This document shows positions 20,603 through 29,617 of a stretch of DNA of 64,000 nucleotides, in pieces. Origin of the DNA: a virus; the IMG/VR virus record IMGVR_UViG_3300045988_119379, positions 87,113 through 151,112 of that record; one strand, given 5' to 3'. Made by a program: the position numbers and the translations under genes. The number at the start of each line of letters is the position of its first letter. Position 1 is the first letter of the stretch. The notes beneath the pieces are model-generated. The model did no database searches, was not told the DNA's origin, and saw only the letters and a program-made list of their open reading frames with translations.

Positions 20603-21160
20603 ATGGAAGATAGGCAAGAGATCGATAGTCAGGTTGATACGACAGAGGAATTGCTTGAACAGGATTCGGTGGTTCTTACTATTGCTTTAACAACCTCTCC
20701 TTATTATGGATTTATAGTAAGTGTAATAGCTCCTGATGAGTTTACGCTAAGAACAACCAATAGGATTAATAGAACCTTTTTAATAACAAGCTTTACTCCA
20801 CCTGCTGCTATATACGGTGTAAACTTTGGTGATCCTATTGTCCTTAATTATGATAGTTACCAATATGAGATGCCAGATCTTGTAATTGATGGACCTCATG
20901 ATAGAATAGTTAGGGCAGATCCTAATCTTACTTGGGTTGTAAGATGTACAGATACCGACTTTACACCTTTGCCATATCCAGAATCATGGTCTGGCCAAGG
21001 TTTAAATTCTATATTCTTACCAGAAATGAAACGTCCTGCTCCTGGTGATCATCATGTATCATATACAACTTATATTAATTTGGACTTGATAGATGATGGC
21101 GGAAGTAAAGTTCATACTGAATATCTGATATTAGAAAAAACACTTAATTTTACGATATGA
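20603..21160 (+). CDS. hypothetical protein (185 aa)
   Basis: GGAGG at 20591-20595 then ATG 20603; last + strand gene before strand switch. Confidence 0.55.
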   Translation: MEDRQEIDSQVDTTEELLEQDSVVLTIALTTSPYYGFIVSVIAPDEFTLRTTNRINRTFLITSFTPPAAIYGVNFGDPIVLNYDSYQYEMPDLVIDGPHDRIVRADPNLTWVVRCTDTDFTPLPYPESWSGQGLNSIFLPEMKRPAPGDHHVSYTTYINLDLIDDGGSKVHTEYLILEKTLNFTI

Positions 21161-21206
21161 CAACAATCCCCAACCGTACGCCTATTGTATGGTTGGGGAT
21201 TGTTGT
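21160..21206. terminator. bidirectional hairpin at convergence point: perfect 16-bp inverted repeat ACAACAATCCCCAACC / GGTTGGGGATTGTTGT with 15-nt loop
   Basis: exact 16-bp IR between last + gene (ends 21160) and last - gene (ends 21250). Confidence 0.55.
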
Positions 21207-21249
21207 AGTTACCATCTTTTCTTGTATAAGCAGAACATGAAATAAGTTT

Positions 21250-21738
21250 CTAAGCATTAACTTCATGACCTTCCCTATCTGTGAAAACCAAACCAACACC
21301 TTCTATGATATGTCCTACTACAGGAGCTTTGTCAAATTCCTCCTTCGTAGCCCAAGTAGCATTATCAGGCATCAGATCCTTAAATGCATCCGAAACATCA
21401 CCTTGGCACCAGCAGTTATTTGATGTAACAATACCCTTCCCTTCGATATTGATATACATTTTTCTTCCACCACATCCAAGGCTATTCCATCCTCTTGGCA
21501 CGTTTTCCACCATAGGCTTAAGCACCCAGCTTTCACCGTCTATCCTAACCCATCCAGGATCGTCTTTGTGCTTGTCGTACATATTTTGCCAAAAAGAGCA
21601 TTCGTAGCACCATCCCTTGTCTTCCATGATAGTTCTTATCTCACACCTTTCAAATCCATCTGCATCCAACGTGTGCGGAGAATGAGGCTGGTGAGGGGTG
21701 CCACATTTTGGACATACGAGTTTTAAATTATTTTCCAT
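21250..21738 (-). CDS. hypothetical protein (162 aa) with N-terminal CPKCG zinc-ribbon-like motif
   Basis: ORF; part of co-directional packed array. Confidence 0.55.
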   Translation of the reverse strand: MENNLKLVCPKCGTPHQPHSPHTLDADGFERCEIRTIMEDKGWCYECSFWQNMYDKHKDDPGWVRIDGESWVLKPMVENVPRGWNSLGCGGRKMYINIEGKGIVTSNNCWCQGDVSDAFKDLMPDNATWATKEEFDKAPVVGHIIEGVGLVFTDREGHEVNA

Positions 21739-21739
21739 A

Positions 21740-21973
21740 TTATTTTACTTTCACGATCTTAATAGAATCTCCGATATTGTATTCTCCTTGGTATCCAACG
21801 AATTTTATAAGCCTATTATTATAAAATATTGAAATTCTTTCGTCTTCACCATAATACATTATACATCCATCTTCTAAAGGACGTAGATCATATATAACCC
21901 ATCCGTTATTAACCTGACTATCATGCGAACATGATGATAACACAAGTGCCATCAATAAAATAAAATACTTCAT
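21740..21973 (-). CDS. small lipoprotein (77 aa): signal peptide MKYFILLMALVLSSC with lipobox LSSC
   Basis: n-region/h-region/lipobox pattern with Cys at +1. Confidence 0.55.
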   Translation of the reverse strand: MKYFILLMALVLSSCSHDSQVNNGWVIYDLRPLEDGCIMYYGEDERISIFYNNRLIKFVGYQGEYNIGDSIKIVKVK

Positions 21974-21980
21974 ATTATTT

Positions 21981-22172
21981 TCAGCATAAAAATTTGTAAC
22001 CTGGTTTTACTGTCTCCGCTTCTTCTCTCGTATCAAACATTAAGGTAGTGACAGCTCCTATGCCTTCGCAAACGTAAGATACTTTCACCCACCACCTAAA
22101 AATCCCAGATCCGTAATCATCATAGTACGGCTCAGAAAGAACTTCTTCTACATACCCATCCAAATAATTCAC
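21981..22172 (-). CDS. hypothetical protein (63 aa)
   Basis: ORF in packed array, ATGA overlap. Confidence 0.4.
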   Translation of the reverse strand: MNYLDGYVEEVLSEPYYDDYGSGIFRWWVKVSYVCEGIGAVTTLMFDTREEAETVKPGYKFLC

Positions 22173-22882
22173 GATCGCTCCTCCTTATTTTTAGATTCAG
22201 CCTCTTCAAGTATGCTGATCACCTTATCAACAATATCCGAATCAGACATTTTCTCAATAAAAATATCCATTGCCTTAGTTATGTCATTGGCTTCTTTTTC
22301 TTCAAGAGCTATTTCCCCACCGGTAATAGCATCAGATAATGATGTAGATAAGTGTCTTATCTTATCAATGCTCATAAACGTAAATGGATTACCACCTTGA
22401 CCCCCACCCATTTCTTTCATGATCTGATATCCACCTGAGATAAGTCTGCCTGATGTCGTGGCCAAGGAGGATACGATTAGGGACAGTACCGCCGCTTCCG
22501 TCCGCTCCTCGGACACACCCTTCGACCACACGGCTGCCCTTATAGCGCCGGCCAGATCGTCTATGTATGGCATGAGGCAATCTTCCATCGCTTGTGTTAT
22601 ATCAGCTATAACCTCACTACGCTCTTTATTTATGTAGTAGATAGAAGCATTGTACCTCTTTATCTCCTTATCCATATCATTCAAAAATCGTTTGACATTA
22701 TGTTTGTACATAGGACCACCCTTAATCACTTCCTTTAGCTTAAGAATGTAATTATAAGCCTGGTCGTTTACGAACAACGTCATGGTTTCAACCGTTGAAT
22801 GAAGCGTGTTGAGGCTGTTAAGAATCTTATCGAAATTGTTTATCAAATAAGCTTTTCTGGCTTTTGCCGCGTAATTAATCAT
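22169..22882 (-). CDS. hypothetical protein (237 aa)
   Basis: ORF in packed array. Confidence 0.55.
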   Translation of the reverse strand: MINYAAKARKAYLINNFDKILNSLNTLHSTVETMTLFVNDQAYNYILKLKEVIKGGPMYKHNVKRFLNDMDKEIKRYNASIYYINKERSEVIADITQAMEDCLMPYIDDLAGAIRAAVWSKGVSEERTEAAVLSLIVSSLATTSGRLISGGYQIMKEMGGGQGGNPFTFMSIDKIRHLSTSLSDAITGGEIALEEKEANDITKAMDIFIEKMSDSDIVDKVISILEEAESKNKEERS

Positions 22883-23417
22883 CGTATTCGAATTTTAGAT
22901 TTTCAAGTTCGTGTATTTGTAACTTAAGAGACTTAATTAAATCCGTTCTCTGCTCCTCTGCATGTTTTAAAGCCTCTTCCTTGCTTTCAAAAGCACAATC
23001 CCCTATCTGATAAGGGGTGTAACGACCAGGAGTGTCGGCTAATAAAAGACCACCATAATCTTCTATTCTGGCTTTTACCTTTCTTATTTTCCCATCTTTT
23101 AGACACATGTCCGTAACCCATACGAATTTACCATATAATTTATCATACTTTTCTAATCTCTCTTCTTGCAATTCATACCATTTAGGCTTAGGAAATCTTA
23201 ATGTGAATTTAACCTCAGTATCTTTTTCTAAGACATTAATATCGTATGCTTCCGGCCACAGCTCTTTTATGCTGTCTTCGTCTTCGGCATACGCTACAAG
23301 TATGAATGAATCATCGGATTCACCACTACACCAATATGGATATTTTATAGGCCATTTGACTGGACGGTAGTCGTTATCGCAGTCGGATTTTTTAATGTAA
23401 AATCTTGTTCTAATCAT
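22875..23417 (-). CDS. hypothetical protein (180 aa)
   Basis: ORF in packed array. Confidence 0.55.
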   Translation of the reverse strand: MIRTRFYIKKSDCDNDYRPVKWPIKYPYWCSGESDDSFILVAYAEDEDSIKELWPEAYDINVLEKDTEVKFTLRFPKPKWYELQEERLEKYDKLYGKFVWVTDMCLKDGKIRKVKARIEDYGGLLLADTPGRYTPYQIGDCAFESKEEALKHAEEQRTDLIKSLKLQIHELENLKFEYDD

Positions 23418-24593
23418 GATTCTTTTATTCTTTTAAGTATATGTTCAATCACTTTAATAGTCCACCCGTTTCCCAACATCTTGTACTGTTGGGTTTCGCT
23501 GCATTCCCATTTATACCAATCTGGTACAGTCTGTAACCTGGAGCACTCTGTAGGGGTTAATCTTCTTATTCTGAAATCGCCATGTAATGTTCTCTGTATG
23601 ATAAAATTGTTTCTATCATATGAATTACAAGATAATGTTGGAGCCTTATCTTCATGAAATCCACCTTTGTTAAATCCTCTTGGTATTTGGAAAATAAGAT
23701 TATCTTCCTGAACTGTTGTGGGACAATTGGATTTTCCATCGTTTTTAAATTCAATCATCTGAACTGTTTTAAGACCAGATTCTCTACATGTAGGTTTTTC
23801 TGGATTCCTGCCTCTCATTGCTACACAAATAAGATCGTATGTGTATTTACCTTTTACGGTAACAGTATTGGATTTTTCATCTTTTGTTTTAATATTAGCT
23901 CCATAATAATTTCCCTTGTCGTGATTTCTTTTCAAGTGAAAAGCTAAATTGTTTAAAACTTTTTCAGATAAGTAATATTTTTCATCTACTTCATATTCAG
24001 CTATATCACTTATGGTCAAACCTTCGTCTTCAGGTTGAGGAATAATGCCGCCTTGAATATTAGTCCAATAAATACGTTTCCTGACTTGAGCGGAAACAAG
24101 TGCTGAATTAATATGATTGCCTTTACACCCTATAGTATCATCGAATACCGGCTCCCATTTCTTTCCCATCTTAACGTTCTCAAGAAGAAACAACACATCA
24201 GGATTAGTTTTTCTTACATCATTCAAAATACGAATAAACTCCCAGAATAAGTAAGACTGACCGGCAAATTCAAATCCTTGTTTTTTTTAATTCAAGATAC
24301 TCATTAAGTGATTTGATTTCTATTCCTTCTACGGTAGACAACCCTTTTCTTTTTCCAGAAAAGGACATATCCGTACATGGGCTGCCGGCTAAAATAAGAT
24401 CTATGTGTCCAAGATCTTCTACATTCAAATCCCTTACATCTCCTACTTGTATAGTATTAGGGAAATTTAATTGCGTTTGTTTAATAGCAAACTTATCTAT
24501 TTCTGATGCATAATATACTTCAGGTGTGATCCCTATTTCTTTTAACGCTATTTGACCACATGACATTCCGTCAAATAAACTTAACACTCTCAT
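23414..24593 (-). CDS. DNA (cytosine-5)-methyltransferase, split by a +1 frameshift at an A8 tract (24281-24288). N-part 24270-24593, C-part 23414-24226/24289.
   Basis: motif I MRVLSLFDGMSCG, motif IV GSPCTDMS, then after frameshift FEF...ENV (LFLLENV) and C-terminal GNGWT; removing one A restores ...LELKKQGFEFAGQSYLFWEF... Confidence 0.75.
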
Positions 24594-24597
24594 GGCA

Positions 24598-24906
24598 TTA
24601 TACACATTTTTCAATTTTAATTGATTTTGATGATAGATACATATTCCATATTCCTCTGCCTCTGTCACCTTTTTCGTTTTGTTTTTGGATTGTCAAGTAC
24701 AGATCTCCGTCTTCACATACTTCAACTTTTTTCAAGAAGCCTATCATTTCATCTCCTGCTTCGTGTAAAATACGGATCTTATCTCCTTCTTTTAACCCAT
24801 AATTGGAATCAAAATATTCTTTTTTGATTCTATCAATATTGTCTTTATGGTTTTTTATAGCATAAAGCTCTTTTCTTAATAAATAATTTAGTTGTTCTAT
24901 TGTCAT
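24598..24906 (-). CDS. hypothetical protein (102 aa)
   Basis: ORF; ends 4 nt before MTase start Met. Confidence 0.5.
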   Translation of the reverse strand: MTIEQLNYLLRKELYAIKNHKDNIDRIKKEYFDSNYGLKEGDKIRILHEAGDEMIGFLKKVEVCEDGDLYLTIQKQNEKGDRGRGIWNMYLSSKSIKIEKCV

Positions 24907-25448
24907 TTCTTTTCCTCCTTATTTAATGGTATCAACCCTTTTCCATGCTTGTCATACCACAGCATAGCTATGCAGTTCCATGCACATTGTGCAAGATGAA
25001 AACATCCTGTATCGGAATCCACTCTTTCTCCTTTCATGTATTCCATCAGGTGTCGAAACATTGCAGCTCGATACCGTTCAAATCCGTTGTCAAGATTCTG
25101 CCAATTATTAGGCCCATATTTCTTGGCTCCGGCATGATAGACTTTTACAATGTCCTCAATCTCTTCCATTGGAAGCAAATCCCATCGTAGTTTGTCGTCA
25201 ATGATGTCATTCTTTACCGACTTACTTTCTTTATTTTCAAAAAGAGTATTATCACTCTTAGATATATATTCAACTGGTACATCGAACTTCATACGACCTT
25301 CGTATGACAGTGTAACTTCTGTATCTCCTTTTTTGATATCCTTTTCACATGCAACCTTAAGTCCTTTTCTGGCTACTGTTACTTCACGAACATTAAGATC
25401 TCTGTTAAGAACTACATCGGTTCCTTTTTTAATAATAATATCGTCCAT
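24903..25448 (-). CDS. hypothetical protein (181 aa); C-terminal half (RWDLLP...AGAKKYGPNNW...) loosely resembles phage dATP/dGTP diphosphohydrolase-like domains (tentative)
   Basis: ORF; motif recall only. Confidence 0.45.
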   Translation of the reverse strand: MDDIIIKKGTDVVLNRDLNVREVTVARKGLKVACEKDIKKGDTEVTLSYEGRMKFDVPVEYISKSDNTLFENKESKSVKNDIIDDKLRWDLLPMEEIEDIVKVYHAGAKKYGPNNWQNLDNGFERYRAAMFRHLMEYMKGERVDSDTGCFHLAQCAWNCIAMLWYDKHGKGLIPLNKEEKK

Positions 25449-25493
25449 CTTTTATTTTGTTTTATCGTTATTTTAATTAACTGTCTAATAATA

Positions 25494-25838
25494 TCATCCA
25501 TCATCTCCTACAAAGCGATCAAATTCTTCTCCGCTCATGATAATGCGATTAATGATAATTATGCCGTTATTGCTATAACTATCATTTTTAACTCCCATGT
25601 CATCAAGCTCCTTCTTTAAATCTTCAAATGTAGGGCCTTTCTTGTCTTTAAAAAATAAAGTAGCATACACAACCCTTCCGTCGTTTTGTTTTATTCTTAC
25701 GGTATAGACATACCCTTTTTCATCTTCATCCTTTTTATTGATACCATCAAGGATGCTATTTATCATATCCTTGTCCTCACGTGATAGGTTGGATATGGCT
25801 ATTCTGCCCTTTAATCTAAATACTTCATTTTCGTTCAT
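25494..25838 (-). CDS. hypothetical protein (114 aa)
   Basis: ORF in packed array. Confidence 0.5.
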   Translation of the reverse strand: MNENEVFRLKGRIAISNLSREDKDMINSILDGINKKDEDEKGYVYTVRIKQNDGRVVYATLFFKDKKGPTFEDLKKELDDMGVKNDSYSNNGIIIINRIIMSGEEFDRFVGDDG

Positions 25839-26122
25839 GACTTTCTGTTTTTGTTGTTTTCAAAATATTGTCTTACGGATTCTATGGCTTTATCATCATC
25901 AAAAGCTTCTTCAAACTCCGTGTAGAACCTATCTCGCTCCATGCAGAAAGTGTTTTTCCCTTCCGGTATAGGACGGAACACAACCACCCTCTCTTTGTCG
26001 TGATTGGTTCCTATTATGTTATTGTCTAAGATAATAGAATACCTTCTTGAACTTTTGTTGATAACAACATCATGTTGAAGACCATACAATTTAAGTATTT
26101 CCCTTAATTCATTTGTTTCCAT
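25835..26122 (-). CDS. hypothetical protein (95 aa)
   Basis: ORF, ATGA overlap. Confidence 0.5.
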   Translation of the reverse strand: METNELREILKLYGLQHDVVINKSSRRYSIILDNNIIGTNHDKERVVVFRPIPEGKNTFCMERDRFYTEFEEAFDDDKAIESVRQYFENNKNRKS

Positions 26123-26846
26123 TATTTGAAGATTTTATATTTTTAGAAGATACTGCTCCCGATCCCCACTTTTTCTTATATATAGTCCCCATCATGTTTA
26201 TTAAATCGGAAAAAGAAGATATGGTTCCCATTTCTATACAAAATGCAAGATTGGATTGAAGCATTTCAAGTTCTTTTAACTGATCTTGAGTTGCTCTGTT
26301 ATCTAAAACATATTTATGTTTATTGAATACAATCCAGTTTAATTTATCAGCCATTTCTATGTAATCAACATCTTCAAATTTTGATACAGACCTTGAAAGA
26401 GTATTGTATTTATCTCCTATCTCTATTCTATCCAAAATAAGTTTATCATTTAACCATCCAGTAACTTCTGCATACAGCATAGGATTTAATTCTATAGCGA
26501 CTAATACCCATATGTAGGGATCACACATAACATTCCTGTTTGTTCCTCTTCCTGTAGTCTTATAGGCATTATACCACTTCATTACTTTTATCAAAGAGTT
26601 GTTTTCCACTATATCCATAAACTCTTTCAAGGTTTCACTTTTTATGTATTTCTGTTTTTTAAGAATATAAAATATCCTTTCTGCACTCTCCTTGTTCGAA
26701 AGAATATTTTCTATTCTCTTATCATTCCACCCCATCTCTACTCTTTTTCTTGTATATGCCTCTTGTAATCCAGTTAATGACATAAAGGAAGTTTTAATGT
26801 CTTGTATGATTACCACTCCATACAATAACCTGTCTTTAGAAATCAT
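26109..26846 (-). CDS. hypothetical protein (245 aa)
   Basis: ORF; preceded (5' on - strand) by 17-bp inverted repeat. Confidence 0.55.
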   Translation of the reverse strand: MISKDRLLYGVVIIQDIKTSFMSLTGLQEAYTRKRVEMGWNDKRIENILSNKESAERIFYILKKQKYIKSETLKEFMDIVENNSLIKVMKWYNAYKTTGRGTNRNVMCDPYIWVLVAIELNPMLYAEVTGWLNDKLILDRIEIGDKYNTLSRSVSKFEDVDYIEMADKLNWIVFNKHKYVLDNRATQDQLKELEMLQSNLAFCIEMGTISSFSDLINMMGTIYKKKWGSGAVSSKNIKSSNNGNK

Positions 26847-26867
26847 ACCTTTTAAATTATTTAATAA

Positions 26868-26933
26868 AATACGCTTGTATTAAAATTACACGACGTAAAA
26901 ATATAGATTGTGTAACTTTAATACAAGCGTATT
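26868..26933. promoter_or_regulatory. perfect 17-bp inverted repeat AATACGCTTGTATTAAA ...32 nt... TTTAATACAAGCGTATT with a nested imperfect IR (ATTACAC/GTGTAAC) in the spacer
   Basis: exact reverse complement arms between - genes ending 26967 and starting 26846. Confidence 0.5.
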
Positions 26934-26966
26934 GTGTTAAATTTTACTTATAGTGTTTTTATGGAC

Positions 26967-27323
26967 TCACATTATTCCTACCAAATTTACTTTTATAGAA
27001 CCATTTATGGTTTTAATGCTCCCATCTATGGTCGAAATCACATCATCTATATCATTTATAATACTTTCCATGTCATCAACCACCTCCTCCATATCAGTTA
27101 CAGCCTGATCTGATTCCCAATATCTTTCTGAGTCTTGTAACGATTCCGGTATATTATCTCTCGCCTCAGTCTCTTCGTCTAAAATCATATCAACATCATC
27201 TTTGGCTGAATTTATGTTGTGCTTCAACTCCGACAACTTTGATTTGATGTATTCAAAATCTGTTTTATACTTATTTACATTGTTAATAACATCCGATATT
27301 TTTTTTCTTCTCTTGTTGTTCAT
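26967..27323 (-). CDS. hypothetical coiled-coil protein (118 aa)
   Basis: ORF. Confidence 0.5.
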   Translation of the reverse strand: MNNKRRKKISDVINNVNKYKTDFEYIKSKLSELKHNINSAKDDVDMILDEETEARDNIPESLQDSERYWESDQAVTDMEEVVDDMESIINDIDDVISTIDGSIKTINGSIKVNLVGIM

Positions 27324-28741
27324 GCCTTTATCCTATTATAATATTCGATAATCTTTTCTTTCCTATCTCCTGGTTTTACTGCCATATTCTCAGCCAAGAA
27401 CCTAAAATACGACACCGGTATGTCCTTGAATCTAATTCCTTCATATTTTCCAAACCACATTATTATACTGTCAAGATCGTCTTCTCTCCTACCATCTCCA
27501 TTCACAGATTTAAGCGAGGCTGCCCGACGAAGGATCTCGTCTTTGGTAATAATATCACCCATCCTTATATTAGACAGAAGTTGATCGCCGGCAAACATAC
27601 ACCAGCCCTTAGAAGGGAATTGCTCAATTGTCAGGTCTTCTATCCGACCGAAACGCCTCATGTTGTCGCAGCAATCAACTATCAGCGCCTCTTTCTTGTC
27701 AGGATGGATGCGGACGGCGCGGCCTAATATTTGGTAATATGTTGAATATGAGAACGTTGGGCGACCAAACATCACGCAATCAAGTTCAGGAAAATCAAAT
27801 CCGGTAGCAAGCGTTGAATAATTAAAAACCACCTTCAACTTACCTTCTTTAAAATCTGATATGATTTGCTCTCTTTTCTTTTTGGTTGTTAGCGATGTTA
27901 CGACACCGGTTATGGCTCCCATCCTGGCATTCATGAACTCTGATATTCTATTACATGATTCGATAGAATCCATGCAAACCAAAATGGCTTTACGCTCGTT
28001 CATAAGTTGAAGAAGGCGCTTGTAGATAGAGTTGTTTAAGCCGTTTCGTACAATACTTTCTTTAATAGATTCGTTGGTGTATTCGGCTCCGGTACTGTTT
28101 AACATCAGAGCCGATTCATCAAACGACCATCGTTCGTACTTAAGTGGACACCAAAAACCTTGAGAAGTTAGCTCTTGTATTTGTATTACATGAACTATTT
28201 TCTTGAAGAAGTTATGTTCGTCTTTCGTCAGCATATTAAGTTTGCTGTAGTTTCCTTCCAGCATGGAGCTGTAGGTCCGGAGGCGGCAGGGCGTGGCGGT
28301 GAAGCCCAGCACCTTCGCCTCGGGAAACTCGCTCATAAACTCCATAAATTCAGAACCTTCCTCAGGGGAATACCCCGAGTGGCATTCGTCCACCAATAAG
28401 GTGTCTATCCCTATATCTTTCAACCTTGCTACGTCTTTCTTTATGCTTTTAAGTGTAGCATAAGTCATAGCCGATAATTCCTTTACGCCACATGAGGCAG
28501 AGTATATGGTAGGTTTAGCTCCAAATGATATGGCTTTCGCATAATTCTGTTCCAGAATCTCTTTTGATGGCTGCAATACTAACGTCGGTCTATTTATCTC
28601 ATGCGCTATCTTGGATATCAGAAGGCTCTTACCTGCTCCGCATGGGGCCACTATTATGCCAGGCTTCTTAGATTTTCCTGTAAGAAACTTAAGCCCGGCA
28701 TCTACGGCCTCTTTTTGGTAAGGTCTAAGTTCAAAGCCCAT
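27320..28741 (-). CDS. superfamily-2 helicase (DEAD/DEAH-like; Walker A APCGAGKS, motif II LVDECH, motif VI QILGRAVR) with C-terminal extension
   Basis: helicase motifs I, II, VI recognised by eye. Confidence 0.7.
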   Translation of the reverse strand: MGFELRPYQKEAVDAGLKFLTGKSKKPGIIVAPCGAGKSLLISKIAHEINRPTLVLQPSKEILEQNYAKAISFGAKPTIYSASCGVKELSAMTYATLKSIKKDVARLKDIGIDTLLVDECHSGYSPEEGSEFMEFMSEFPEAKVLGFTATPCRLRTYSSMLEGNYSKLNMLTKDEHNFFKKIVHVIQIQELTSQGFWCPLKYERWSFDESALMLNSTGAEYTNESIKESIVRNGLNNSIYKRLLQLMNERKAILVCMDSIESCNRISEFMNARMGAITGVVTSLTTKKKREQIISDFKEGKLKVVFNYSTLATGFDFPELDCVMFGRPTFSYSTYYQILGRAVRIHPDKKEALIVDCCDNMRRFGRIEDLTIEQFPSKGWCMFAGDQLLSNIRMGDIITKDEILRRAASLKSVNGDGRREDDLDSIIMWFGKYEGIRFKDIPVSYFRFLAENMAVKPGDRKEKIIEYYNRIKA

Positions 28742-29117
28742 CGCAATCTATTTTACTGTTTTTTGAAAGTTCTATTATCGCCTCCTTTAGCATTTCTCTC
28801 GCTTTATTCTCATTATCTTCAAACAGACATACACTGCATGTAGCACCTTTGGAGGGGTAGTCTCTGTAGGCTTCTGCTCTTTCTACAACGTATTCACAAC
28901 AATAGTCGTGACTCATGTCTTTTGCTATACTTATAAAATGATCTTCTCCATCCATCAACACGCAATATTCAGCATCGTTTTCACATGCAATAACACCTTT
29001 GTTTTTTAAAATGGATAGCACTTTATTTCCAAAAAGTCCAATATAGACCCATATATCTTTCCCTGCATTTTTGTAAAAAATATCCATCCCTTCTTTGATT
29101 GTGACTTTCTTTTCCAT
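28731..29117 (-). CDS. hypothetical protein (128 aa)
   Basis: ORF. Confidence 0.5.
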   Translation of the reverse strand: MEKKVTIKEGMDIFYKNAGKDIWVYIGLFGNKVLSILKNKGVIACENDAEYCVLMDGEDHFISIAKDMSHDYCCEYVVERAEAYRDYPSKGATCSVCLFEDNENKAREMLKEAIIELSKNSKIDCDGL

Positions 29118-29123
29118 AACCCC

Positions 29124-29447
29124 TTATTTTATATCAGTAATTAAAATATATTTTTTAACAATATATTCAAGACTCTCAGAAGAACGTATATATAGTTTTT
29201 CTTCGTACTCATATAGAGCGTACCCTTCTTTTATGTCTAATATCTTAATCACATGCTTGCCTCTTTCAAATGGATCCTCAAAGTAGTTCTTATGTTCGTA
29301 TCTTTGACCTACTTTGATTTTGTCAGTTTTCTTCTTCATCTTATAACGATCTACTGCTTCACCTGTTTTTATGAAAATTGTCGTGAGCAAGTATAATAAA
29401 ACTAAATACAAAAGGATCGCTACTCCACATATTAGATCTTCTTTCAT
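29124..29447 (-). CDS. hypothetical protein with N-terminal TM helix (107 aa)
   Basis: ORF; hydrophobic N-terminus. Confidence 0.5.
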   Translation of the reverse strand: MKEDLICGVAILLYLVLLYLLTTIFIKTGEAVDRYKMKKKTDKIKVGQRYEHKNYFEDPFERGKHVIKILDIKEGYALYEYEEKLYIRSSESLEYIVKKYILITDIK

Positions 29448-29617
29448 TGCACTCCCTTTAAGTAGTTAAACCAAATAGCCTCAAGTTTCTCCTGGAACTC
29501 AAACGCCTTTTTAAAATTTCTGCACCGTACCGCCACGTTCCTCATCTCTTCAAGATATATGACTTCCGGATCTTGCCGGTATTTTGTTCTTAACTTTTGA
29601 ACGTCCTCGTATTTCAT
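29444..29617 (-). CDS. small ORF (57 aa) not in supplied track, ATGA-coupled at both ends between the Cas4-like gene and the 107-aa gene
   Basis: ATG overlaps upstream TGA (29614-29617) and its TGA overlaps downstream ATG (29444-29447). Confidence 0.45.
   Translation of the reverse strand: MKYEDVQKLRTKYRQDPEVIYLEEMRNVAVRCRNFKKAFEFQEKLEAIWFNYLKGVQ

Noticed and set aside
24226-24290. Treating the MTase as two separate functional genes (N-terminal 24270-24593 and C-terminal 23414-24226)
   Set aside because: Catalytic motifs I and IV and motifs ENV through X are split across the break, and a single-nucleotide change in the A8 tract fuses them. Separate half-enzymes are implausible.
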